A stretch of 22,997 bases of DNA. Source: Caedimonas varicaedens (lineage in GTDB: Bacteria > Pseudomonadota > Alphaproteobacteria > Caedimonadales > Caedimonadaceae). Positions 15,715-22,997 of this stretch are shown in pieces. The notes beneath the pieces were generated by a model that was not told the DNA's origin, searched no databases, and worked only from the letters and a program-made list of their open reading frames with translations. The DNA lies in contig BBVC01000079.1 in assembly GCA_001192655.1 (NCBI GenBank), positions 1-22,997 of the forward strand. The letters are read 5' to 3'. The translations under genes were made by a program, and so were the position numbers. Each line of letters starts with the position of its first letter. Positions within the stretch are counted from its first letter, which is position 1.

Positions 15715-18267
15715 TCAACTCCTGTTATTAACAGCATTGAGAGAAAAACTGGATTTATAAAACCATCTCTTGCATATTTCTGCCAACAATAAATAACAAA
15801 AAACAATGACAAAAATGATGGCAAGAAAATCAAGAGGAAGCTCGGTAAAATCAAAATTCTTTCCAAGAAAGGTGAAAGGAATAATCGTGCCGATAATGAC
15901 AAGAGACAGGGTTGTGATCGTTAACAGAGGATGTGGTTTGCTTTGAAACGGAGACAATCGGGTTCTGATAATAAAAATAACCAGAGTCTGGGTTGCAAGA
16001 GATTCAATAAACCAACCTGTTTGGAACAGTTCCTTGGGAGCATGGTAGATCACAAGCATGATGTAAAAAGTGAGAAAATCAAAAATCGAGCTGACAGGTC
16101 CGAAAACGATCATAAAATTACGGATAAACTTCATGTCCCATTTACGAGGGGTCTTTACAGATTCAATATCGACATTATCCAGAGGGATGGGGATCTGGGA
16201 AAAATCATAGAGCAAATTATTAAGAAGGATTTGAGGAGGCATCATGGGAATAAAGGGCAAAAAGAGAGTAGCTCCCGCCATACTGAGCATATTACCCAAG
16301 TTTGAGCTTGTCATCATCATGATGTATTTCATAATGTTTTCAAATGTATACCTTCCCTCCACAACAGCATCATGAACAACTTCCAGATTTTCTTCCAAAA
16401 GAATAAAATCCGCTGCTTCCCTGGCCACATCAACGGCCGTATCGACAGAGATCCCCACATCCGCCATATGAAGAGAAGGAGCGTCATTAATACCGTCTCC
16501 CATAAAGCCTACGGTATGGCCATTTTGTTTTAAAAGTCCAATAATTCGATTTTTCTGGGCAGGAGTGACACGACAAAAAAGATGGTTTTTTTCAACTTGT
16601 ACCCGAAGTGCCTGATCATCCATTGCAAGAATTTGTGAACCTGTCAGGACGCCCGGCATTTCAAGTCCAAGCAGGGAGCAAAGATGCTGGGTTACATCTT
16701 CATTATCGCCAGTGATGATTTTTATATGGATCCCCTTATTCTTTAAATGTGCAAGAGCTCTTGCAGCGCTTTTCTTTGGCGGATCATAAAATGTGATAAA
16801 ACCTACAAAAGTCAGTCCTTGTTTTTCTTCCATGGCAGCTTTGATCTCTGTTGAAGAAACATGGGATTGAGCAAGAGCCAGGACACGTAAACCGTTTTGA
16901 CTCATTTCCTTGAACATTAAATGAAGTTTTTTTTCAGTTTTTTGGTCAAGATGCTGTATTTGTTGATCTTTATCTCTATAGGTTTTACTGAGTTTCAAGA
17001 TATTTTCTGGCGCACCCTTCACAATCATGCTCCGCTCTCGATCCTTTTCAAGCAGAACGGAAACACAGCGACTTTCAAAATCAAACGGGATTTCATCTAT
17101 TTTTTTCCAATAATCCGTATCAAATGTGCGGAATCCCAAAATAGATTTATCTAAAGGATTTTTAACGCCTGTCTGAAAATAGCTGTTGAGGTAGGCTAAA
17201 TTTAAAATTTCTGAATTTTTATTACCCTCACAATCAACATATCGCTCAATTTGAATATGAGCCTGTGTAAGTGTTCCTGTTTTGTCTGTACAAAGAATAT
17301 CCATGCTTCCCAGGTCGTGAATTGCAGAAAGCCTTTTGACAATGACCTTTTTTTTTGCCATACGCATAGCTCCCCGTGCTAAGGAGATAGAGACTTCCAT
17401 GGGCAGGAATTCAGGTGTCATTCCAACTGCAAGCGCAAGGGCAAATAACACGCTTTCAAGCCAAGGACGATGAAAAAAAAGATTGGCCACAAGAACGAAA
17501 AAGACTAGAAGGATTGTCAGTCTCATAATAAAAAACCCGAAATTTTTTATCCCCAGGGTAAAAGCCGTCGGGGGAGCCTGACGCTGTAAAAGGTCGGAAA
17601 TACCGCCCAGAAAAGTTGACCGTCCCGTGCGACAGATCAGGATTTGTCCATATCCGCTGACAACAGAAGTGCCCATAAAAACAGCATTACGGGCATTCCC
17701 AATATCTTCATCGGGGGCAGTAATATCGCCCTGGTATTTTTCAACAGGGAAGGTTTCTCCGGTCAGAAGCGCTTGATTAACAAATAAATCATGCGCAGAA
17801 ATAATGCGGCTATCTGCGGGGATTAAATCGCCGGCTTCTAGAAAAACAATATCTCCTGGTACAATTTGAGTGGCAGGAATCTCTTGCTTTTTTCCATCCC
17901 GAAGGACACAAACATGCAGGGCAATAGAGTGTCGTAATTTTTCAGCGGCTTTTCCGGCTCTGTATTCTTGTGTAAAATCCAGGACAACACTGATCATGAC
18001 CATACTGATGATGAGGATACAACTGCGCGATTCTCCAACAATGGCTGATAAAATAGCGGCGCTGATGAGAAGAATCACAAGCGGGTTCTTGAAACGTCCC
18101 AGAAATTGCATCAGCAATAATGCTTCTTGCCGGCTCGCAATCGTATTTAACCCGTATTTTTTTAATCGTCCGGAAATGCTGTGAGTTCTCAACCCTTCTG
18201 CACTACTTTGAAATTTTTCAAAAAGTTTTTCAAGAGGTTGTAGCCAAAACACTTTTTCTTTGGACAT
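15715..18267 (-). CDS. mgtA: Magnesium-importing P-type ATPase, MgtA/MgtB family (850 aa)
   Basis: P-type motifs are the phosphorylation site CTDKTGTLTQ, the TGE actuator LTGETFP, the hinge MGDGINDAPSL and TGDN. The MgtA-type N-terminus is GLRTHSISGRLKKYGLNTI, and the C-terminal TM layout and size fit the Mg2+ subgroup. An AGGAAA RBS is present. Confidence 0.9.
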   Translation of the reverse strand: MSKEKVFWLQPLEKLFEKFQSSAEGLRTHSISGRLKKYGLNTIASRQEALLLMQFLGRFKNPLVILLISAAILSAIVGESRSCILIISMVMISVVLDFTQEYRAGKAAEKLRHSIALHVCVLRDGKKQEIPATQIVPGDIVFLEAGDLIPADSRIISAHDLFVNQALLTGETFPVEKYQGDITAPDEDIGNARNAVFMGTSVVSGYGQILICRTGRSTFLGGISDLLQRQAPPTAFTLGIKNFGFFIMRLTILLVFFVLVANLFFHRPWLESVLFALALAVGMTPEFLPMEVSISLARGAMRMAKKKVIVKRLSAIHDLGSMDILCTDKTGTLTQAHIQIERYVDCEGNKNSEILNLAYLNSYFQTGVKNPLDKSILGFRTFDTDYWKKIDEIPFDFESRCVSVLLEKDRERSMIVKGAPENILKLSKTYRDKDQQIQHLDQKTEKKLHLMFKEMSQNGLRVLALAQSHVSSTEIKAAMEEKQGLTFVGFITFYDPPKKSAARALAHLKNKGIHIKIITGDNEDVTQHLCSLLGLEMPGVLTGSQILAMDDQALRVQVEKNHLFCRVTPAQKNRIIGLLKQNGHTVGFMGDGINDAPSLHMADVGISVDTAVDVAREAADFILLEENLEVVHDAVVEGRYTFENIMKYIMMMTSSNLGNMLSMAGATLFLPFIPMMPPQILLNNLLYDFSQIPIPLDNVDIESVKTPRKWDMKFIRNFMIVFGPVSSIFDFLTFYIMLVIYHAPKELFQTGWFIESLATQTLVIFIIRTRLSPFQSKPHPLLTITTLSLVIIGTIIPFTFLGKNFDFTELPLDFLAIIFVIVFCYLLLAEICKRWFYKSSFSLNAVNNRS

Positions 18268-18465
18268 TTATTTTTCCTGAAATTAAAAAAAGATTCTAAT
18301 GATTCTTAGTCGCATTTATCTTAAAACTTTATTAAATTTTGAAGATATTGTCTTTTAGTTTATTTCATGTTGAACTGCTTAATAGAGTACTTCAGAAAAA
18401 GATAGACTATGCTATCTTGATGTGTCGGGGAGAGATACTTCCCGGATGTAAAAACAGGGAAAAAT

Positions 18466-19608
18466 ATGAGGATCAATCATTTGTCACCTTCTTCTCACAA
18501 ACCAGATTATTCTCATCGTCGATATGGCTGTATCCCGGCACTCTGGCCAGTTTGTCTTGGTTTTGAAGCGGAAGAAAATGCTCGTCAAAACTGGGAACAT
18601 ACGCTTAATTTTATCGGCGAGGCTTATCGTATCAATCATGAGCTTTCTCCTGTCTGGACAACACAAAATCAAATTATGCTTGATCTGGACACTATGTATC
18701 TTCGGGATTTTTCAACAGGTTCACAGGGTCTTCCTGTTCTGCTGGATGCTCCTTATGCAGGGCACTCTGCAACGATTGTTGATTTTGCGCCAGGACAAAG
18801 TCTCGTTAAGGCTTTCCTTGACAATGGTCATCCACAGGTTTTTGTCACAGATTGGAAATCTGCCACAGAAGAAATGAAAGATTTTACCATTGATACTTAT
18901 CTTGAAGCATTAAATCTTGCAATTGATGAACTGGGGGGTGAGGTCGTTCTCGTAGGTCTTTGTCAGGGGGGGTGGCTATCGGCTGCTCTGGCTGCGCGCT
19001 TGCCAAAAAAAGTGAAGGCATTGGTCCTGGCAGGTGCTCCTATAGATACGCAAGCAGGAAATGGAGTCATCAAAAAACTGACCCGTGACCTTTCCATGAG
19101 TAATTATAAGGCGCTTGTCAAAAGGGGAAATGGGCGTCTTCTGGGTCAATTCATGCTTCAGGCATGGAAGGGAATGCACCCCGATCAACAATATATTGAA
19201 AAGTACATTGATCTTTTTTCGCACCTGGACGATCCGCACTATGTGAAACGGACAGAGACTTTCGCGCGCTGGTATGAATATCCCCTTGATCTTCCAGGAG
19301 CTTTTTACCTGCAGGTCGTTCAGCAATTGTTCAAGGAAAATCTGCTCGCGCGGGGAGAGTTCATAGCGCTGGGTAAAAAGATCAATCTTAAAGCAATTAC
19401 TGTCCCTACTTATTTACTTGCCGGAAAGTCCGATGATATTACGCCCCCGGAACAAGTATTGGCAGCAACACATTTGATTGGCACACCCCCTTCTCACATT
19501 GCCCAAAAAATTGTTCCAGGCGGACATATAGGACTCTTTATGGGACGCAAAAATATCCATGAAGTATGGCCAGAGATTGCAAAATGGCTTTCTGGGATGA
19601 CAGACTGA
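18466..19608 (+). CDS. PhaC/PhaZ-superfamily alpha/beta-hydrolase with a Cys nucleophile (class III PHA synthase-like / intracellular PHB depolymerase-like, 380 aa)
   Basis: The lipase-box variant VLVGLCQGGW (Cys166) matches the GxCxGG box of PHA synthases (A. vinosum PhaC: LLGICQGG). AGKSDDITPP (Asp323/324) and VPGGHIGLF (His354) lie where the PhaC/PhaZ Asp and His lie. The segment FYLQVVQQLFKENLLARGEF resembles the PHB-depolymerase C-terminal family as I recall it. No PhaE-like partner is adjacent. Confidence 0.8.
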   Translation: MRINHLSPSSHKPDYSHRRYGCIPALWPVCLGFEAEENARQNWEHTLNFIGEAYRINHELSPVWTTQNQIMLDLDTMYLRDFSTGSQGLPVLLDAPYAGHSATIVDFAPGQSLVKAFLDNGHPQVFVTDWKSATEEMKDFTIDTYLEALNLAIDELGGEVVLVGLCQGGWLSAALAARLPKKVKALVLAGAPIDTQAGNGVIKKLTRDLSMSNYKALVKRGNGRLLGQFMLQAWKGMHPDQQYIEKYIDLFSHLDDPHYVKRTETFARWYEYPLDLPGAFYLQVVQQLFKENLLARGEFIALGKKINLKAITVPTYLLAGKSDDITPPEQVLAATHLIGTPPSHIAQKIVPGGHIGLFMGRKNIHEVWPEIAKWLSGMTD

Positions 19609-19643
19609 ATTGTTCTTTATTTGAGAAAGGAGCTTTCTTATAA

Positions 19644-21068
19644 ATGGCTCAACTACAAGAGAGTATTCTCGAAAATCGTACTTTTGACGAAATTTGTGTT
19701 GGTGAAACGGCCAGCCTTTCCCGTGTTTTAACCCGTGCTGATATTGATCTTTTTGCCACTGTTTCCGGCGATATCAATCCAGCACATATTGATGCAGCCT
19801 TTGCCGAGCATGATATTTTTGGGCGAGTCATTGCTCATGGCATGTGGGGTGGTGGTTTGATTTCAGTCGTGTTGGGAACGATTCTGCCAGGTCCGGGAAC
19901 CATTTATTTATCTCAGACATTGCATTTTCATCGGCCTGTTTCCATTGGCGATATCATTACAGCAACCGTCACAGCCCGTGAAAAAAGGGAACAGCGTGCA
20001 ATCATTGTCTTTGATTGTACGTGTACAAACCAGAAAGGGGATAAAGTCATTAGCGGTACTGCAGAAGTGATTGCACCGAAGGAAAAGGCAAGTTGCCTCC
20101 GTACAGAACTTCCTGATATTCTCATTCGTCGACATGATCGATATCACGCTATTCTGGAAGCTGCCCAAAAATTGCCCAAACTGACAATGGCCATTGTTCA
20201 TCCCTGTGACGACCATGTGATCGTTGCTGCCATTGAAGCCGCAGAAGCAGGGCTGATTGACCCTATCTTTGTCGGTCCAGAAAAAGAGATTCGCGCGGCA
20301 GCAAAGGCCGCCAAACTTTCTGTTGATCCTTTTCGTCTTGAAACAACGTCTGATGCTCAGGCTTCTGCTATGCGAGCTGTTGAACTGATACAAGCAGGAA
20401 CAGCACAAGCGCTTATGAAAGGAAGCCTGCATACAGATCAGTTGATGCACGCTGTCCTCAGAGATGAGGCAGGACTTAAAACAGATCGGCGCATCAGTCA
20501 CGTTTACGCTATGGATGTACCCACTTATCCAAAACCTCTTTTAGTAACGGATGCAGCCATTAATATTGCACCAACACTTGCAGAAAAGCGTGATATTTGT
20601 CAGAACGCTATCGATCTTTTTCATTTGCTCGGCAATCTGAAGCCAAAAGTTGCTATTTTATCGGCTGTTGAGACCGTTGATCCTCATATCCCCTCTACCA
20701 TTGATGCAGCTGCATTGACGATGATGGCGAAACGGGGGCAAATTACGGGAGCTATTGTTGAAGGGCCCCTTGCCTTTGATAATGCCATTGATCCCCAGGC
20801 TGTTCGATTGAAGGGGATAAACTCAATCATTGGAGGAGAGGCTGATATCCTTGTCGTACCTAATCTTGAAGCGGGAAATATATTGGTCAAGCAGTTTCTG
20901 CACTTATCAGATGCAGATGCAGCTGGCCTGGTTCTTGGAACGAAAGTGCCGATCATTTTAACAAGCCGCTCTGATACTGTTCGGGTGCGTCTTGCCTCTG
21001 TTGCGCTAGCTGTTATTACGGCTGCCCGAAGTGGCTTCAGATTAAAATCTCCCAAACAAAAAAAATGA
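19644..21068 (+). CDS. Bifunctional MaoC-like (R)-specific enoyl-CoA hydratase / phosphate acetyl-butyryl-transferase fusion (474 aa)
   Basis: The N-terminal hotdog domain of about 150 aa carries the hydratase motif SGDINPAHIDAAFAEHDIFGRVIAHGMWG. The C-terminal PTA_PTB domain of about 300 aa contains MAIVHPCDDHVIVAAIEAAEAGLIDPIFVG, MKGSLHT, VTDAAIN, AILSAVE and PNLEAGNILVK. Confidence 0.9.
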   Translation: MAQLQESILENRTFDEICVGETASLSRVLTRADIDLFATVSGDINPAHIDAAFAEHDIFGRVIAHGMWGGGLISVVLGTILPGPGTIYLSQTLHFHRPVSIGDIITATVTAREKREQRAIIVFDCTCTNQKGDKVISGTAEVIAPKEKASCLRTELPDILIRRHDRYHAILEAAQKLPKLTMAIVHPCDDHVIVAAIEAAEAGLIDPIFVGPEKEIRAAAKAAKLSVDPFRLETTSDAQASAMRAVELIQAGTAQALMKGSLHTDQLMHAVLRDEAGLKTDRRISHVYAMDVPTYPKPLLVTDAAINIAPTLAEKRDICQNAIDLFHLLGNLKPKVAILSAVETVDPHIPSTIDAAALTMMAKRGQITGAIVEGPLAFDNAIDPQAVRLKGINSIIGGEADILVVPNLEAGNILVKQFLHLSDADAAGLVLGTKVPIILTSRSDTVRVRLASVALAVITAARSGFRLKSPKQKK

Positions 21069-22252
21069 CCAGAAACAGGATACTTACGGTTAATGTCGGC
21101 TCTTCAAGTTTAAAACTTGGACTTTATGAACCAGAAAACACGACTAACCTTCAATGTTTATCTCATGCTTCTGTTGATCTTGCAAAGTCGCCTCCAAGCT
21201 TGACTATAGATGGCAACAGAGTGCCTCTGAACGAAATTCTTTTATCATTTTCGACAACAAAATCTTCTTTAGCCTCATTGGAACAGATGGCATTGTGGAT
21301 TCTTGATCGTTTTGAGCGTTCTCAAATTGCCGCTGTTGGACATCGTATCGTTCATGGGGGAACTGATTTTAAAAGCCCCATCAGAATCACAACAGAAGTC
21401 ATCCATCATCTTGAGAAACTTATTCCTCTTGCTCCCCTGCATGAGCCAGCAAGTCTTGATTTGATCAAAACGCTAAGAGCCGCCTTACCCGATTTACCCC
21501 ATGTAGCCTGTTTCGATACGACCTTTCATACCTGTCAACCTGTCGTTGCGTCGAGGTTTGCGTTGCCGCGGGAATTTGAGCGTCAGGGTATTCGCCGCTA
21601 TGGGTTTCATGGGCTTTCTTATGAATCAATTATGAATACATTACGCAAAATAGCGCCAGAGTTGGCTGAAAAAAGACTCATTGTGGCTCACCTTGGAAGC
21701 GGCGCCAGCTTGAGCGCTATTTTCCAGGGAAAGAGCATGGATACAACCATGGGCTTTTCTGCACTAGACGGATTGCCCATGGCAACCCGATGCGGCTCTC
21801 TTGATGCCGGCGTTATTCTCTATTTGCTTCAGCAGGAAAAGATGTCTTTTTCTGAGCTTCAGGATCTGCTCTACCATCGCTCAGGATTATTGGGCGTATC
21901 CGGCATCAGTGGCGATGTCCGAACCCTTCTTGCCAGCGATACAAAAGAAGCCAAAGAAGCACTTGACCTGTTTGTTTATCGCACCGCACGCGAGATGGGC
22001 GGTCTTATAACGGCGCTTGGGGGGCTTGACGGGCTTGTTTTTACGGCAGGCATTGGCGAGCATTCTGATTGGATACGTCAGCAGGTTTGTTCTCGTTTGG
22101 CTTGGTTGGGGATTGATTTGGATATAACTTTGAATCAGTCTGATCAGCCTGGATGTATTACCATAGGGAAAAGCACTGTTCAGGTATGGGTGATCCCCAC
22201 AGATGAAGAAGGCATGATTGCTCATCATACCTATAAAATAATTTTCCTGTAA
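21065..22252 (+). CDS. Acetate/propionate/butyrate kinase family protein (ASKHA fold, 395 aa)
   Basis: Recognisable elements are the N-terminal phosphate-1 motif ILTVNVGSSSLKLGLYE, then VGHRIVHGG, ACFDTTFH, RRYGFHGLSYE, VAHLGSGASL and FTAGIGEHS. Its start overlaps the upstream stop by 4 nt (ATGA at 21065-21068). Short-chain acid specificity cannot be read from the sequence alone. Confidence 0.9.
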   Translation: MTRNRILTVNVGSSSLKLGLYEPENTTNLQCLSHASVDLAKSPPSLTIDGNRVPLNEILLSFSTTKSSLASLEQMALWILDRFERSQIAAVGHRIVHGGTDFKSPIRITTEVIHHLEKLIPLAPLHEPASLDLIKTLRAALPDLPHVACFDTTFHTCQPVVASRFALPREFERQGIRRYGFHGLSYESIMNTLRKIAPELAEKRLIVAHLGSGASLSAIFQGKSMDTTMGFSALDGLPMATRCGSLDAGVILYLLQQEKMSFSELQDLLYHRSGLLGVSGISGDVRTLLASDTKEAKEALDLFVYRTAREMGGLITALGGLDGLVFTAGIGEHSDWIRQQVCSRLAWLGIDLDITLNQSDQPGCITIGKSTVQVWVIPTDEEGMIAHHTYKIIFL

Positions 22253-22268
22253 TTAAGGAAGAAATATC

Positions 22269-22997
22269 ATGACACATCTTTGTGATCTCCGTGGAAAAAA
22301 AGGACTTATTGTGGGAGTCGCTAACAAGCAATCTATTGCTTATGGCTGCGCTAAAGTCTTGCATGCTGCCGGGGCAGAGCTTGCTATTACTTATGTCAAC
22401 ACCAAGGCGGAACCCTATGTAAGTCCACTGGCTGTAAAACTTGGTGCTCCTCTGATTCTGCCTTGCGATGTACGAGAGACAGGGCAGCTTAAAGCTGTCT
22501 TTGAAGCAATCCAGAACCATTGGGGAAAATTGGATTTTCTGGTTCATTCCATTGCCTATGCGCCTCGCGAGGATCTGCACGCGCGCGTCGTGGATTGCTC
22601 GCCCGAAGGCTTTAAAATGGCTATGGATATTACCTGTCATTCCTTTATCAGGATGGCGCGCCTTTCTGAACCGCTGATGGTTAAAGGGGGGTGTCTGATA
22701 ACAGTGACTTTCTATGGCTCTGAACGAGTGGTCAAACACTACAATTTGATGGGGCCGGTGAAGGCAGCGCTTGAAAGTTCAGTAAGGTACCTGGCTGCAG
22801 AACTTGGAGCGCAGGGTATTCGCATCCATGCCATTTCTCCCGGTCCTATCAGAACGCGCGCCGCCACAGGCATAGACCGTTTTGATGAGTTGATGGAAAA
22901 TGCTGCAGCAGAAGCTCCTCAAAAACATCTGGTAACTACAGAAGATGTTGGCAATTTATGTGCTTTCCTTGTTTCTGACAGCGCCTGTCAACATCGG
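22269..22997 (+). CDS. Second enoyl-ACP/enoyl-CoA reductase paralog, FabI-like (partial, 243 codons, runs off the window end)
   Basis: It is not in the ORF track because there is no stop in the window. The ATG at 22269 has an AAGGAAG RBS and lies 16 nt after the kinase stop. My translation is MTHLCDLRGKKGLIVGVANKQSIAYGCAKVLHAAGAELAITY...LDFLVHSIAYAP...VTFYGSERVVKHYNLMGPVKAALESSVRYLAAELG...IHAISPGPIRTRAATGI...TTEDVGNLCAFLVSDSA. It is collinear with FabI. The 193-aa antisense ORF at 22158-22739 is therefore spurious. Confidence 0.88.
   Translation, partial: MTHLCDLRGKKGLIVGVANKQSIAYGCAKVLHAAGAELAITYVNTKAEPYVSPLAVKLGAPLILPCDVRETGQLKAVFEAIQNHWGKLDFLVHSIAYAPREDLHARVVDCSPEGFKMAMDITCHSFIRMARLSEPLMVKGGCLITVTFYGSERVVKHYNLMGPVKAALESSVRYLAAELGAQGIRIHAISPGPIRTRAATGIDRFDELMENAAAEAPQKHLVTTEDVGNLCAFLVSDSACQHR

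Noticed and set aside
15627-15902. A 91-aa hydrophobic minus-strand ORF overlapping the 3' end of mgtA in another frame.
   Set aside because: It overlaps the well-supported C-terminal TM region of the P-type ATPase. Its hydrophobicity is a by-product of the T-rich alternate frame.
18268-18465. A possible Mg2+-sensing leader or mgtL-like proline-rich leader peptide upstream of mgtA on the minus strand.
   Set aside because: The only small ORFs in the leader are MK* and MRLRIIRIFF*, and neither contains proline. I could find no extended alternative-hairpin architecture. The region is also the shared divergent promoter for the PhaC-like operon.
19908-20501. A 197-aa Cys-rich ORF on the minus strand, plus smaller antisense ORFs at 19649-19831, 19928-20125 and 20684-21055.
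   Set aside because: They lie entirely antisense to the strongly supported MaoC::PTA_PTB gene. They have no recognisable motifs or RBS and look like typical shadow ORFs of a coding region.
22158-22739. A 193-aa minus-strand ORF listed in the track at the right end of the window.
   Set aside because: The plus strand here encodes an unmistakable FabI paralog, from the ATG at 22269 and open to the window end. That gene is missing from the track only because it has no stop. The minus-strand ORF is its antisense shadow.
1-22997. A CRISPR array, rRNA genes, an integrase/recombinase, toxin-antitoxin pairs or known defence-system genes.
   Set aside because: I saw no regularly spaced direct repeats, no rRNA-like sequence, and no ORFs with integrase, nuclease/helicase defence or small paired TA signatures on either strand.

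Overview
This 23-kb bacterial chromosomal window is moderately AT-rich and gene-dense, and it carries decayed insertion sequences. The gene content suggests an alphaproteobacterium, possibly a host-associated, IS-rich lineage. That rests on a dnaX-ybaB-recR block and a serC of the short PCFGSGPCAK type, and it is a low-confidence inference. From left to right the window contains:
- the 3' end of an IS630-family transposase;
- a minus-strand three-gene operon: GspE/PilB-type secretion ATPase, GspF/PilC-type platform protein and an unknown 211-aa soluble protein. No pilin, secretin or peptidase gene is nearby;
- a secreted rhodanese, an EmrE-like SMR pump, serC and an MFS transporter;
- about 1.1 kb of frameshifted IS5-family and IS630-family debris next to tRNA-Val(GAC);
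- recR, ybaB and dnaX;
- an orphan secreted protein with its own terminator;
- sppA, fabI and an MgtA-type P-type ATPase;
- a plus-strand operon running off the window edge: a PhaC/PhaZ-type Cys-Asp-His hydrolase, a MaoC-hydratase::phosphate acyltransferase fusion, an acetate/butyrate-family kinase and a second FabI paralog.

The two candidates for an undescribed system are that last operon, read as a possible polyhydroxyalkanoate-to-ATP route, and the orphan secretion-ATPase/platform/unknown module. There is also an A9 tract in dnaX at the tau/gamma boundary with stops in both alternative frames. No CRISPR array, rRNA or intact mobile element is present.
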